Origin: Chthonomonas calidirosea
Lineage (GTDB): Bacteria; Armatimonadota; Fimbriimonadia; Fimbriimonadales; Fimbriimonadaceae
Assembly (NCBI GenBank): GCA_945859975.1
Contig: CAMAPH010000048.1
Span: 1-18,791, forward strand
Direction of reading: 5' to 3'
Length of the DNA stretch: 18,791 nt
Part shown: positions 8,663-15,423 of the stretch, in pieces
Layout: each line of letters begins with the position of its first letter
How positions within the stretch are numbered: position 1 is the stretch's first letter
Notes under the pieces: model-generated
Seen by the model: the letters and a program-made list of their open reading frames with translations, nothing else
Database searches by the model: none
What the model was told of the DNA's origin: nothing
Translations under genes and position numbers: made by a program

Positions 8663-10366
8663 TGGTGCGGAGAGAACCGGGCTTCGGCCCGCTTCGGTCA
8701 GATACTTCAGCACGTCGGCTTCCTTCGGAATGGTGCGACCTTCCAGGAACTTCGTATCCAACGTGCCCGCCTTTCTGTTTGCCGCTGCGGCCAGACCGTT
8801 GAATCGAGAAACCTCGTCGGAGATTCGCCCACCCGCCTGCTTCGAAAGGAACGAAGCCTGTTCTGCATAAGCCGCGGCAGCTGCATAGTGAGCAATCGCA
8901 CTGTTCGGGCTGGCCTTAATCGCCGCCTCACCGTAAGCAACCGCTTCTGATGGCTTGTTCTGATACAAAAGCACCGTGAGCACGCCGGCAAGCGCTTCTG
9001 CCGATTCTGGGCGAGCAACCAGCGCCGTGTCATAGAAGGCACGTGCGGTGTCGTACAGATAGTCGAGTTCCTTTTGCTCGAGCTTGCTGCTAGTGACAAC
9101 GCCCATCGATTCGTTTCCACGCTCGATGTAGGCATCAACGTTGGTTGGCTCAGACAAAACGGATCGCTCGAAACCACGTCGTCCTTCCTGGAAGCGTCGA
9201 AGTCGGTTGTTCACCGCCGCGAAGTAGTACCAAGTCTCGGTCCGCTGGGCTCGATCATTCACGAGGCGGTTCGAGAGATTCGCAAGAACGTTTGTTCGGT
9301 TGAATTTCAGCGCGATGAATGCTTGCGCCGTGAGAACCCCGAGATCTCCTTCGTTAGACAACAACGCTTCTTTGATCGCTTCGTCCGAGTTCACCGTGTC
9401 GCCCAGCTGAGCGTTGGCGACGGCGGCGGCGGCAAACGAATAGGCATCCAGCTTTCCGTAGCGCTTCAGCGTTCCGAGCACCTTGAGCGCCTCGGCATAT
9501 CGGCCGGTTCGGATGTAGGCGTACGAGAGGCGATTCGCCAAGTCGGTCCGCGACGTATCCCGGTCGAAGGCTGGAGCGACCGCGTTAATGACCAGCGAAT
9601 AGCGCTGGGCCCGAATGGCCGAATCAGCGTAAGCAACGAGGTTGATGTCGGTCGGAGCACCGAACTGATCAAGCGTCGCATCGAGAATTCGCTTTCGCGC
9701 TTCTACCGCTTGCTTGAAGGCGGACCGAATGCTTGCCAAGGTTCCGGCGCGGTCATTGTCCCGGCTAACCGTATTGAAGGCGCGGCGGAGATTGACCCCC
9801 GAGAGAACTTCGGAGGCAGCCACGTTAACGGGATCGATCGCAAGCGCATCTTCGGCGAACTTCTGCGCCGTATCAAAAATGCCGAGGGCAAAGTTGGCGC
9901 GGGCGAGCAAGACTCGAGCCGGTACCGATTTCTCCTCAATCTTCAGTGCGATTCGACCGCTGACGATCGCCTCGCGATACTTTCCGTCAGAGTACGAGAC
10001 CGTTCCCTGTTCGATGTGGAAACCGGCTCCCTTCGAAAGGCCGTTATCGATTCGGACCGTGATCGACTTTTCGGCCGACTGCCCTTCGGCGGTAAACGCC
10101 TTGAATCGCAGCTTCAGCGGGCCCTCTTCTTCGGCAAGCGAGTCGATGCGGAACTCGTACGGAGTGCTGGTGTCGCTGTCTCGAAGCTCTGCCCCAACGT
10201 AAAACTCCACCTGGTTCACGTTGTCGTCTGGATTGGTGTTCGTTACGGTGACGCGAAACTTCCGCTCGCCCGTGACGACTTGCCCTTCTGGGCAGTCGAC
10301 GGTGACCTCCACCTTTGGTGCGAGGGCGATTGCCCAGAATGCCGAAGTTAGTGCGATCATGCTCAT
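8654..10366 (-). CDS. Secreted protein: N-terminal bacterial Ig-like domain plus TPR/alpha-solenoid repeats
   Basis: Hydrophobic N-terminus; VNQVEFYVG...DTSTPYEFRIDS...LRFKAFTAEGQSAEKSITVRIDN (Big-type); TPR-like units such as AEDALAIDPVNVAA, TALVARPESAEA, AAIKASPNSAIA. Confidence 0.8.
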   Translation of the reverse strand: MSMIALTSAFWAIALAPKVEVTVDCPEGQVVTGERKFRVTVTNTNPDDNVNQVEFYVGAELRDSDTSTPYEFRIDSLAEEEGPLKLRFKAFTAEGQSAEKSITVRIDNGLSKGAGFHIEQGTVSYSDGKYREAIVSGRIALKIEEKSVPARVLLARANFALGIFDTAQKFAEDALAIDPVNVAASEVLSGVNLRRAFNTVSRDNDRAGTLASIRSAFKQAVEARKRILDATLDQFGAPTDINLVAYADSAIRAQRYSLVINAVAPAFDRDTSRTDLANRLSYAYIRTGRYAEALKVLGTLKRYGKLDAYSFAAAAVANAQLGDTVNSDEAIKEALLSNEGDLGVLTAQAFIALKFNRTNVLANLSNRLVNDRAQRTETWYYFAAVNNRLRRFQEGRRGFERSVLSEPTNVDAYIERGNESMGVVTSSKLEQKELDYLYDTARAFYDTALVARPESAEALAGVLTVLLYQNKPSEAVAYGEAAIKASPNSAIAHYAAAAAYAEQASFLSKQAGGRISDEVSRFNGLAAAANRKAGTLDTKFLEGRTIPKEADVLKYLTEAGRSPVLSAPSR

Positions 10367-10418
10367 CGTAAAATAACCTGTCGCAAGTATGACGAAACTA
10401 AGGGCTCAGTAATTCAGC

Positions 10419-10757
10419 CTAAACCGCAATTTCTCCGCGTTCGTGCGTTCGAATGCGATATGCGTCGGCGACATCTTCGATGAATATTTTGCCGTCGTCT
10501 GCCTCGCCGGTTCGTGCATTCCGCAGAATGGACTCAACGATCTCCTCCACTTGGGCATCGGCGACGACAACTTCGATCTTGGCTTGAATGGGCATCGGCA
10601 CTACGCCGACAAGGTTCGAGTACCTTTGCTCTCGCACCGGAGAGACTCCAACGCCTCGGACGTCGCTCACCGTCATACCATTGACTTCGGCGGCGGCAAT
10701 CGCCGATTTCACCATTTCCACCCGGTGCGGGCGCACGTAGCAAGTAATTCTCTTCAT
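10419..10757 (-). CDS. P-II family signal transduction protein (GlnB/GlnK-like, non-canonical T-loop)
   Basis: 112 aa, colinear with GlnB: GMTVSDVRG, KIEVVV, TGxxxDGKIF, RIRT. Confidence 0.93.
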   Translation of the reverse strand: MKRITCYVRPHRVEMVKSAIAAAEVNGMTVSDVRGVGVSPVREQRYSNLVGVVPMPIQAKIEVVVADAQVEEIVESILRNARTGEADDGKIFIEDVADAYRIRTHERGEIAV

Positions 10758-10759
10758 TG

Positions 10760-10794
10760 AAAAAAATTGCGCGGCGAGATAATTCGCCGCGCAA
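10760..10794 (-). terminator. Intrinsic terminator-like hairpin
   Basis: Perfect 11-bp inverted repeat TTGCGCGGCGA (10767-10777) / TCGCCGCGCAA (10784-10794), 6-nt loop, followed on the - strand by U7 (A run 10760-10766). Confidence 0.85.
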
Positions 10795-10810
10795 AAGTAA
10801 GGTGTCTTCG

Positions 10811-10854
10811 CTACGACTGAATCATTGGCACGTTGGCCAAAAATTCAACCGCAA
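10811..10854 (-). other. Strand-specific RNA hairpin in the iscA 3' UTR / P-II leader
   Basis: 19-position stem (13 Watson-Crick, 5 G-U, 1 U-U) with hexaloop CAACGU. The five G-U pairs would be A-C mismatches on the + strand. Confidence 0.6.
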
Positions 10855-10858
10855 GGGT

Positions 10859-11242
10859 TTAGCCGCGCGAACTGCAGGAACCGCATCCGCCGCCGCCAGC
10901 GACGGCACCTTCGCCTTCCGCCTTGAAGCTCGATCCGCAACCGCAGCTCGAAGTTGCGTTTGGATTCTCAATCTTGAAGCCGCCACCGAGAACGTCATCC
11001 ACGTAATCCACGTGGCTACCTTCCATGTAGCTGAGGCTGATGGCATCGACCAAAATTTTGATGCCGTTCTGCTCGAACAACTTGTCGTCTTCTTCCGGCG
11101 AGTTGTCGTCAAGGGCCATGCCGTACTGAAGTCCGGAGCAACCGCCACCGGCCACCCAGACACGAAGGGCCGCGTTGTCTTTGCCCTGGCTCTTGATAAG
11201 GTCAGCCAATTCGACTTCTGCGCGCTCAGTTAAGGTGATCAT
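10859..11242 (-). CDS. A-type Fe-S cluster carrier (IscA/ErpA/HesB family)
   Basis: MITLTERA, LRVWVAGGGCSGLQYGM, GFKIENPNATSSCGCGSSF; SD GGAG (11248-11251 on -) 5 nt before the ATG. Confidence 0.96.
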   Translation of the reverse strand: MITLTERAEVELADLIKSQGKDNAALRVWVAGGGCSGLQYGMALDDNSPEEDDKLFEQNGIKILVDAISLSYMEGSHVDYVDDVLGGGFKIENPNATSSCGCGSSFKAEGEGAVAGGGGCGSCSSRG

Positions 11243-11346
11243 TAATTCTCCATACGTCCTGAAACGAACGATTGATGGCCTTATTATTGCTCAACTTCTC
11301 GCCATCACCCCGAGCCCGGAGCACAAATTGGGCTTTTCGAACCTAG

Positions 11347-11363
11347 TAGACTATGAGACGGAG
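11347..11363 (+). promoter_or_regulatory. Putative -10 (TAGACT) and SD (GGAG) of the ferredoxin gene
   Basis: TAGACT 11347-11352; GGAG 11360-11363, 10 nt before GTG 11374. Confidence 0.45.
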
Positions 11364-11373
11364 TTATTGAAGA

Positions 11374-11625
11374 GTGCCATACGTTGTCGCTGAACCCTGT
11401 ATCGGAGTTAAAGATAAGTCGTGCATGACCGTTTGCCCGGTCGACTGCATTTATGAGGCAGATGACCAGGTTTTCATCAACCCGGATGAATGCATCGACT
11501 GCGGACTGTGCGAACCCGAGTGCCCAGTCAACGCCATCTTCGTGGACAGCGAAGTGCCCGCAAACTGGAAAGACTTCATTGAGCTGAACGCGAAAGAAGG
11601 TCGTCGCCTCGCTGAAGAGCGATAA
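11374..11625 (+). CDS. fdxA: 7Fe ([3Fe-4S]+[4Fe-4S]) ferredoxin, FdxA type
   Basis: C9-x7-C17-x3-C21P-x2-C25 and C40-x2-C43-x2-C46-x3-C50P, the pattern of Azotobacter FdI/Thermus 7Fe ferredoxins. Confidence 0.93.
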   Translation: MPYVVAEPCIGVKDKSCMTVCPVDCIYEADDQVFINPDECIDCGLCEPECPVNAIFVDSEVPANWKDFIELNAKEGRRLAEER

Positions 11626-11630
11626 ACCCA

Positions 11631-12248
11631 ATGCAACCCCCCATTGAGGACGGTTTTGACGAGCCGGCGGAATTCGAAGAGACCGAGGCCCATCCGCGCC
11701 CGGGTCGAGCCGAATCCGTCTTAGGCGGTGCCCAAGACCAATTCATCCTCGAATGGGGACGTATGAGTTCGAGTTGGGGAATCAACCGAACGATGGCGCA
11801 AATTCACGCGCTGTTGTTCGTCACCGGAATTCCCCTCGAAGTCAACGAGATCATGGACCGCCTCCAGATCAGCCGCGGCAACGCGAGCATGAATCTGCGC
11901 GAGCTCATGGACTGGGGCGTCGTGCGCCGATTTCGACAACCGGGCGACCGAAAAGATACCTATATCACCGAGACTGATCCGTACCAAATGATCATTCGGA
12001 TCGTGAAGGAACGGAAGCGTCGAGAGATTGACCCGACGGCCGAGGCCATCGAAGAGATCCTTTCTCGACTTCCTGAAGGCGACCCCGACGAAGCCACGCA
12101 GTCGCTCCGAAAACGCCTTACCGCGTTGCTCGAAATCTTCGGCCTTGCCGACGTGGTCTACAAGCAACTCTTCATCAACGAACTCACCTTCGATGAGCTC
12201 CGTGACGCGGTCAAAACCAGCCGCCTTCCCGGCGACACCGGGCCCTAA
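11631..12248 (+). CDS. GbsR/MarR-family winged-helix transcriptional regulator
   Basis: FILEWGRMSSSWGINRTMAQIHALL...LQISRGNASMNLRELMDWGVV...GDRKDTY...ERKRREIDP. Confidence 0.88.
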   Translation: MQPPIEDGFDEPAEFEETEAHPRPGRAESVLGGAQDQFILEWGRMSSSWGINRTMAQIHALLFVTGIPLEVNEIMDRLQISRGNASMNLRELMDWGVVRRFRQPGDRKDTYITETDPYQMIIRIVKERKRREIDPTAEAIEEILSRLPEGDPDEATQSLRKRLTALLEIFGLADVVYKQLFINELTFDELRDAVKTSRLPGDTGP

Positions 12249-13342
12249 GCGCAGACGGTCAGCATGCGGTCAAGCGCGATCTTGGCGTAGTGCTTTACCT
12301 TGTCCGGCACCACGATCTGGTTGACCACAACGCCGTTAACAAGATTCTCAAGCGTCCAGAGCAAGAAGCTCGGATGGACTCGGTACATCGTCGAGCAAGG
12401 GCAAATCTGTGGGTCCAAGCAGAAGATCAACCGGTCCGGCATTTCCTTTGCGAGTCGATTGACGAGGTTAATCTCTGTTCCTACCGCCCACTTGCTCCCC
12501 GGCTCCGCCGCCTCAACCGTCTTGATGATGTACTCCGTCGAGCCGTTGAAGTCCGCCGCGTTCACAACCTCAAGCTCACACTCCGGGTGAACCAGAACGT
12601 TGATGCCAGGATGCTCTTCCCTCGCCTTTGCGATCTGCTCTAAGGTGAAGCGCTTGTGCACCGAGCAGTGGCCCTTCCAAAGAATGAACTTCGCGGACCG
12701 AATCGCTTCCTCCGTGTTTCCGCCCAGCGGCTTAAACGGATCCCAAACCACCATCTCCGTCTCGGGGTCGTAGCCCAGCTTCGCGCCGGTATTTCGCCCC
12801 AAGTGCTGGTCCGGGAAGAACAAGACTTTCTCGCCCTGAGTGAGCGCCCAAGCGACGGCCGTCGGGGCATTGGTGCTCGTGCAAACCGTGCCGCCGTTCT
12901 CGCCAACAAACCCCTTAAGGTTCGCCGCGGAGTTGATGTAAGTCACCGGCACCACACTCATCGCGTCGCCCAGCACCCGTTGCAGCTCCTGCCAGCACTT
13001 GCGAACCTGGAAGATGTTCGCCATATCCGCCATGCTGCACCCCGCCGCAAGGTTCGGAAGAATCACTTTCACGTGATCGGGAGTCAGGATGTCCGCGCTC
13101 TCCGCCATGAAGTGCACACCGCAGAAAACGATCGTGTGCGCCTCCGGGTGCAGGTTCGCATCCTTCGCGAGCTTGTAGCTGTCTCCCCGGTGATCGGCGT
13201 GCTCGATGATCTCGTCGCGCTGATAGTGGTGACCGAGAATCACCGTGCCAGAGCCAAGCTTCGCCTTGGCCGCATGAATCCGGCTACGAATCTCCTCCGC
13301 ACTCAGATCGGTGTACTCCGGCGGCAACGGGACTTGGTACAT
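12245..13342 (-). CDS. nadA: Quinolinate synthase ([4Fe-4S])
   Basis: LGHHYQRDE, GDSYKLA, FCGVHFMAE, AGCSMA, TYINSAA, PDQHLG, GHCSVH, VHPEC, CPCSTM. Start placed at ATG 13342 (MYQVPLP). Confidence 0.97.
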   Translation of the reverse strand: MYQVPLPPEYTDLSAEEIRSRIHAAKAKLGSGTVILGHHYQRDEIIEHADHRGDSYKLAKDANLHPEAHTIVFCGVHFMAESADILTPDHVKVILPNLAAGCSMADMANIFQVRKCWQELQRVLGDAMSVVPVTYINSAANLKGFVGENGGTVCTSTNAPTAVAWALTQGEKVLFFPDQHLGRNTGAKLGYDPETEMVVWDPFKPLGGNTEEAIRSAKFILWKGHCSVHKRFTLEQIAKAREEHPGINVLVHPECELEVVNAADFNGSTEYIIKTVEAAEPGSKWAVGTEINLVNRLAKEMPDRLIFCLDPQICPCSTMYRVHPSFLLWTLENLVNGVVVNQIVVPDKVKHYAKIALDRMLTVCA

Positions 13343-13353
13343 AGGCCTATCTA

Positions 13354-13359
13354 AGTATA
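13354..13359 (-). promoter_or_regulatory. Putative -10 element TATACT for nadA
   Basis: AGTATA on + reads TATACT on -, 11 nt before ATG 13342. Confidence 0.5.
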
Positions 13360-13450
13360 CGTTCCGAACCCGGCCCCCCTTTTCACGGGTCCCAAGGATC
13401 AGATCCAACTAATCTCAGCAATTAGTGGAATTCAAGGGATAAACATCACC

Positions 13451-13456
13451 TATTCT
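13451..13456 (+). promoter_or_regulatory. Putative -10 element TATTCT
   Basis: 5 nt before ATG 13462; no SD. Confidence 0.35.
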
Positions 13457-13461
13457 TCACA

Positions 13462-14334
13462 ATGTCCGAGCACACTAAACCTATGCGAAAGTCACCCCTC
13501 GTCGTCGGATTAGCCATCGCCGCCGGAATCACCATCCTCGCCTGCGGCGGAACTGGCGGGTCCCAGACCAACGACTTTCAGACCGCTCTCGCCCGCCTGC
13601 GACAGCTATCGAACGCCTCAAATCTTTACATCGGCGACTATGACGATACGCTTCCGCTTGCGAATCGCTGGATGGACGGACTTGCCCCGTACGTCACAAA
13701 TCCCGATAACTTTGTCTCTCCGGCCGTTGGCCCGAGCAATTACGGCTTCGCCTTCAACTCAGCTGCCGCTGGCCAACCTCTCAGCTCATTAGATGCCGCA
13801 GCCACCCTGCTGATTTTTGACTCAACGGTGCTTGGCCGAAACGCCACCGCGTCAACTTCCACCCAGCCGAGCCCCGGTCGGTACAACGGCACCAACTCCT
13901 TGCTCTATCTAGATGGCCGAATTCCGGGATACGTCGATCCGGAGGTGCCCCCGACTCCGCTCATCGATCAGTCCGTCGCTCGCGTCGGCCAACTGGCAAC
14001 CGCTGCCTTCATCTACAGCGGGGATTACGATGACGCCTTGCCTCTCAACAACTGGGTGGACGCCACCAGCTCGATCGTGACGCGACCGGATATCTACCGT
14101 TCCCCAATCTTCGACCCTCAGGCAAACCAGTACGGATACTCCTACAACGTCCTTTTGGTGGGAGCGAACACGCAAACCATCGAAAATCCAGCCTTAACGA
14201 TCCTGTTCTTCGATTCCGTCCAAAATCAGCGCAACTCCGTTGATCTCGCAACGAACCGCCCAACTCCGGGCCGCTACAGCGGCCAAAACGCCGTCAGCTA
14301 TGCAAACGGTAGCAAGGGCAAGCTCTCGCCGTAG
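13462..14334 (+). CDS. Lipoprotein with two tandem DUF1559/H-X9-DG-like (pilin-associated) modules
   Basis: Lipobox ILAC28; internal duplication (RQL...YIGDYDDTLP...YGFAFN...LIFDS...PGRYNGTN..YLDG versus GQL...YSGDYDDALP...YGYSYN...LFFDS...PGRYSGQN..YANG). Alternative start ATG 13483. Confidence 0.75.
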   Translation: MSEHTKPMRKSPLVVGLAIAAGITILACGGTGGSQTNDFQTALARLRQLSNASNLYIGDYDDTLPLANRWMDGLAPYVTNPDNFVSPAVGPSNYGFAFNSAAAGQPLSSLDAAATLLIFDSTVLGRNATASTSTQPSPGRYNGTNSLLYLDGRIPGYVDPEVPPTPLIDQSVARVGQLATAAFIYSGDYDDALPLNNWVDATSSIVTRPDIYRSPIFDPQANQYGYSYNVLLVGANTQTIENPALTILFFDSVQNQRNSVDLATNRPTPGRYSGQNAVSYANGSKGKLSP

Positions 14335-14337
14335 GGG

Positions 14338-15393
14338 TTACTCTTCAGCCAATCGGCGCGCTTGCTCTTCTTGAATGAGCGCGTCGATCATCGGCTGAAC
14401 ATCGCCTTCCAAAAAGCCCGAAAGGTTGTGCAAAGTGACCTTGATCCGGTGATCCGTGACGCGGCTTTCTGGGAAGTTGTAGGTTCGAATCTTCTCCGAT
14501 CGATCGCCGCTTCCGATTTGCCCCTTGCGAATCCCAGCCCGCTCAGCGTCGGCCCGATCGCGCTCCATCTGCAAAATCTTCGACTTGAGAACCGCCATCG
14601 CCTTCAGCTTGTTCTGCTGCTGGCTTCGCTCGTCCTGACACGTGCTCACCAAGCCCGTTGGCCGGTGCACGATGCGAATCGCGGTTTCGTTCTTCTGCAT
14701 GTGCTGACCACCCGCCGAGCTTGACCGGAAAGTCGAAATTTCCAGGTCCTTGGCATCGATGTCAACTTCCACGTCTTCCGCCTCGGGCAGCACCGCCACC
14801 GTCACCGTGCTCGTGTGAATCCGGCCCTGGCTCTCGGTGGCTGGCACTCTCTGAACGCGGTGCACTCCGCTCTCATGCTTCAGCTGAGAAAACGCACCCT
14901 CCGCCTGGATGTTGAAAATCACTCGATCGAGTCCGCCGATGCCAGATTCCTCATGCTCGACAATGTCCACCTTCCACCGCCGCCGCTCGGCATAACGGGT
15001 GTACATTCGGAACAGTTCGTTCGCAAACAGCGCCGCCTCGTCTCCACCCGCCGCGGGGCGAATTTCGATGATCACGGGCTTCTCGTCTAGCGGATCTCGC
15101 GGAAGCATCATCAGCCGCAACCGATCCTCCAGCTCCGTGCTTCGGGCGCGCAATGGCTCAATCTCCGCAAGTGCCATCTCCTTCATTTCGGGATCGCTGA
15201 GCATCTCCTCGGCATCGCTCAGTTCGGTGCGGACGCGTCGGTACTCTCGAATCGCCGCAACGATGGGCTCAAGCTCCGAACGTTGCTTGCCCAAACGCTG
15301 CATTTCCCCTGGTTTGGAAACGATGGCGGGGTTACTGTAGTCAGCTTCAACCGCTTCAAAGCGACGTTCAATTTCGAGTAACTTTTCGAGCAT
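14338..15393 (-). CDS. prfA: Peptide chain release factor 1
   Basis: EIRPAAGGDEAALFA, ESGVHRVQRVPATES (PxT discriminator of RF1), GGQ at 14704-14712, GDRSEKIRTYNFPESRVTDHRI. Confidence 0.97.
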   Translation of the reverse strand: MLEKLLEIERRFEAVEADYSNPAIVSKPGEMQRLGKQRSELEPIVAAIREYRRVRTELSDAEEMLSDPEMKEMALAEIEPLRARSTELEDRLRLMMLPRDPLDEKPVIIEIRPAAGGDEAALFANELFRMYTRYAERRRWKVDIVEHEESGIGGLDRVIFNIQAEGAFSQLKHESGVHRVQRVPATESQGRIHTSTVTVAVLPEAEDVEVDIDAKDLEISTFRSSSAGGQHMQKNETAIRIVHRPTGLVSTCQDERSQQQNKLKAMAVLKSKILQMERDRADAERAGIRKGQIGSGDRSEKIRTYNFPESRVTDHRIKVTLHNLSGFLEGDVQPMIDALIQEEQARRLAEE

Positions 15394-15406
15394 CGACGGA
15401 GTGCAG

Positions 15407-15414
15407 ATTGTACC
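15407..15414 (-). promoter_or_regulatory. Putative -10 element (GG-TACAAT) for prfA
   Basis: ATTGTACC on + reads GGTACAAT on -; the hexamer ends 13 nt before ATG 15393; no SD in between. Confidence 0.55.
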
Positions 15415-15423
15415 GGGGACCGG

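Noticed and set aside
9074..10351. 425-aa + strand ORF antisense to the Ig/TPR gene
   Set aside because: Arg/Gly/Val-rich with no motif; a typical shadow ORF opposite a GC-rich gene.
10795..10822. AAGTAAGG...CTGAA resembling the loop-E part of a glnA (glutamine) riboswitch near a P-II gene
   Set aside because: It is on the + strand, antisense to P-II, and the conserved CGUU/AACG P1 stem is absent.
10825..10840. TTGGCACG as a sigma-54 -24 box
   Set aside because: No GC at the -12 position (reads AA), wrong orientation for P-II, and already explained as a hairpin arm.
10811..10861. Hairpin after the iscA stop as a SECIS element (HesB-like selenoprotein)
   Set aside because: The stop is TAA, not TGA, and all motif cysteines are Cys codons.
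11305..11631. 108-aa - strand ORF over the ferredoxin, and similar antisense ORFs (10757-11233, 12656-13354, 16132-16770, 18067-18624)
   Set aside because: Each lies opposite a gene with unambiguous family motifs and has no recognisable features.
13343..13461. NAD+ (nadA-motif) riboswitch, or the extended TTG 13408 start of nadA
   Set aside because: I could not find the conserved core of that riboswitch as I recall it; TATACT 11 nt before ATG 13342 implies a very short leader. An Infernal/Rfam scan would be decisive.
14338..15393. RF2 with programmed frameshift
   Set aside because: PAT rather than SPF discriminator and an uninterrupted frame identify RF1.
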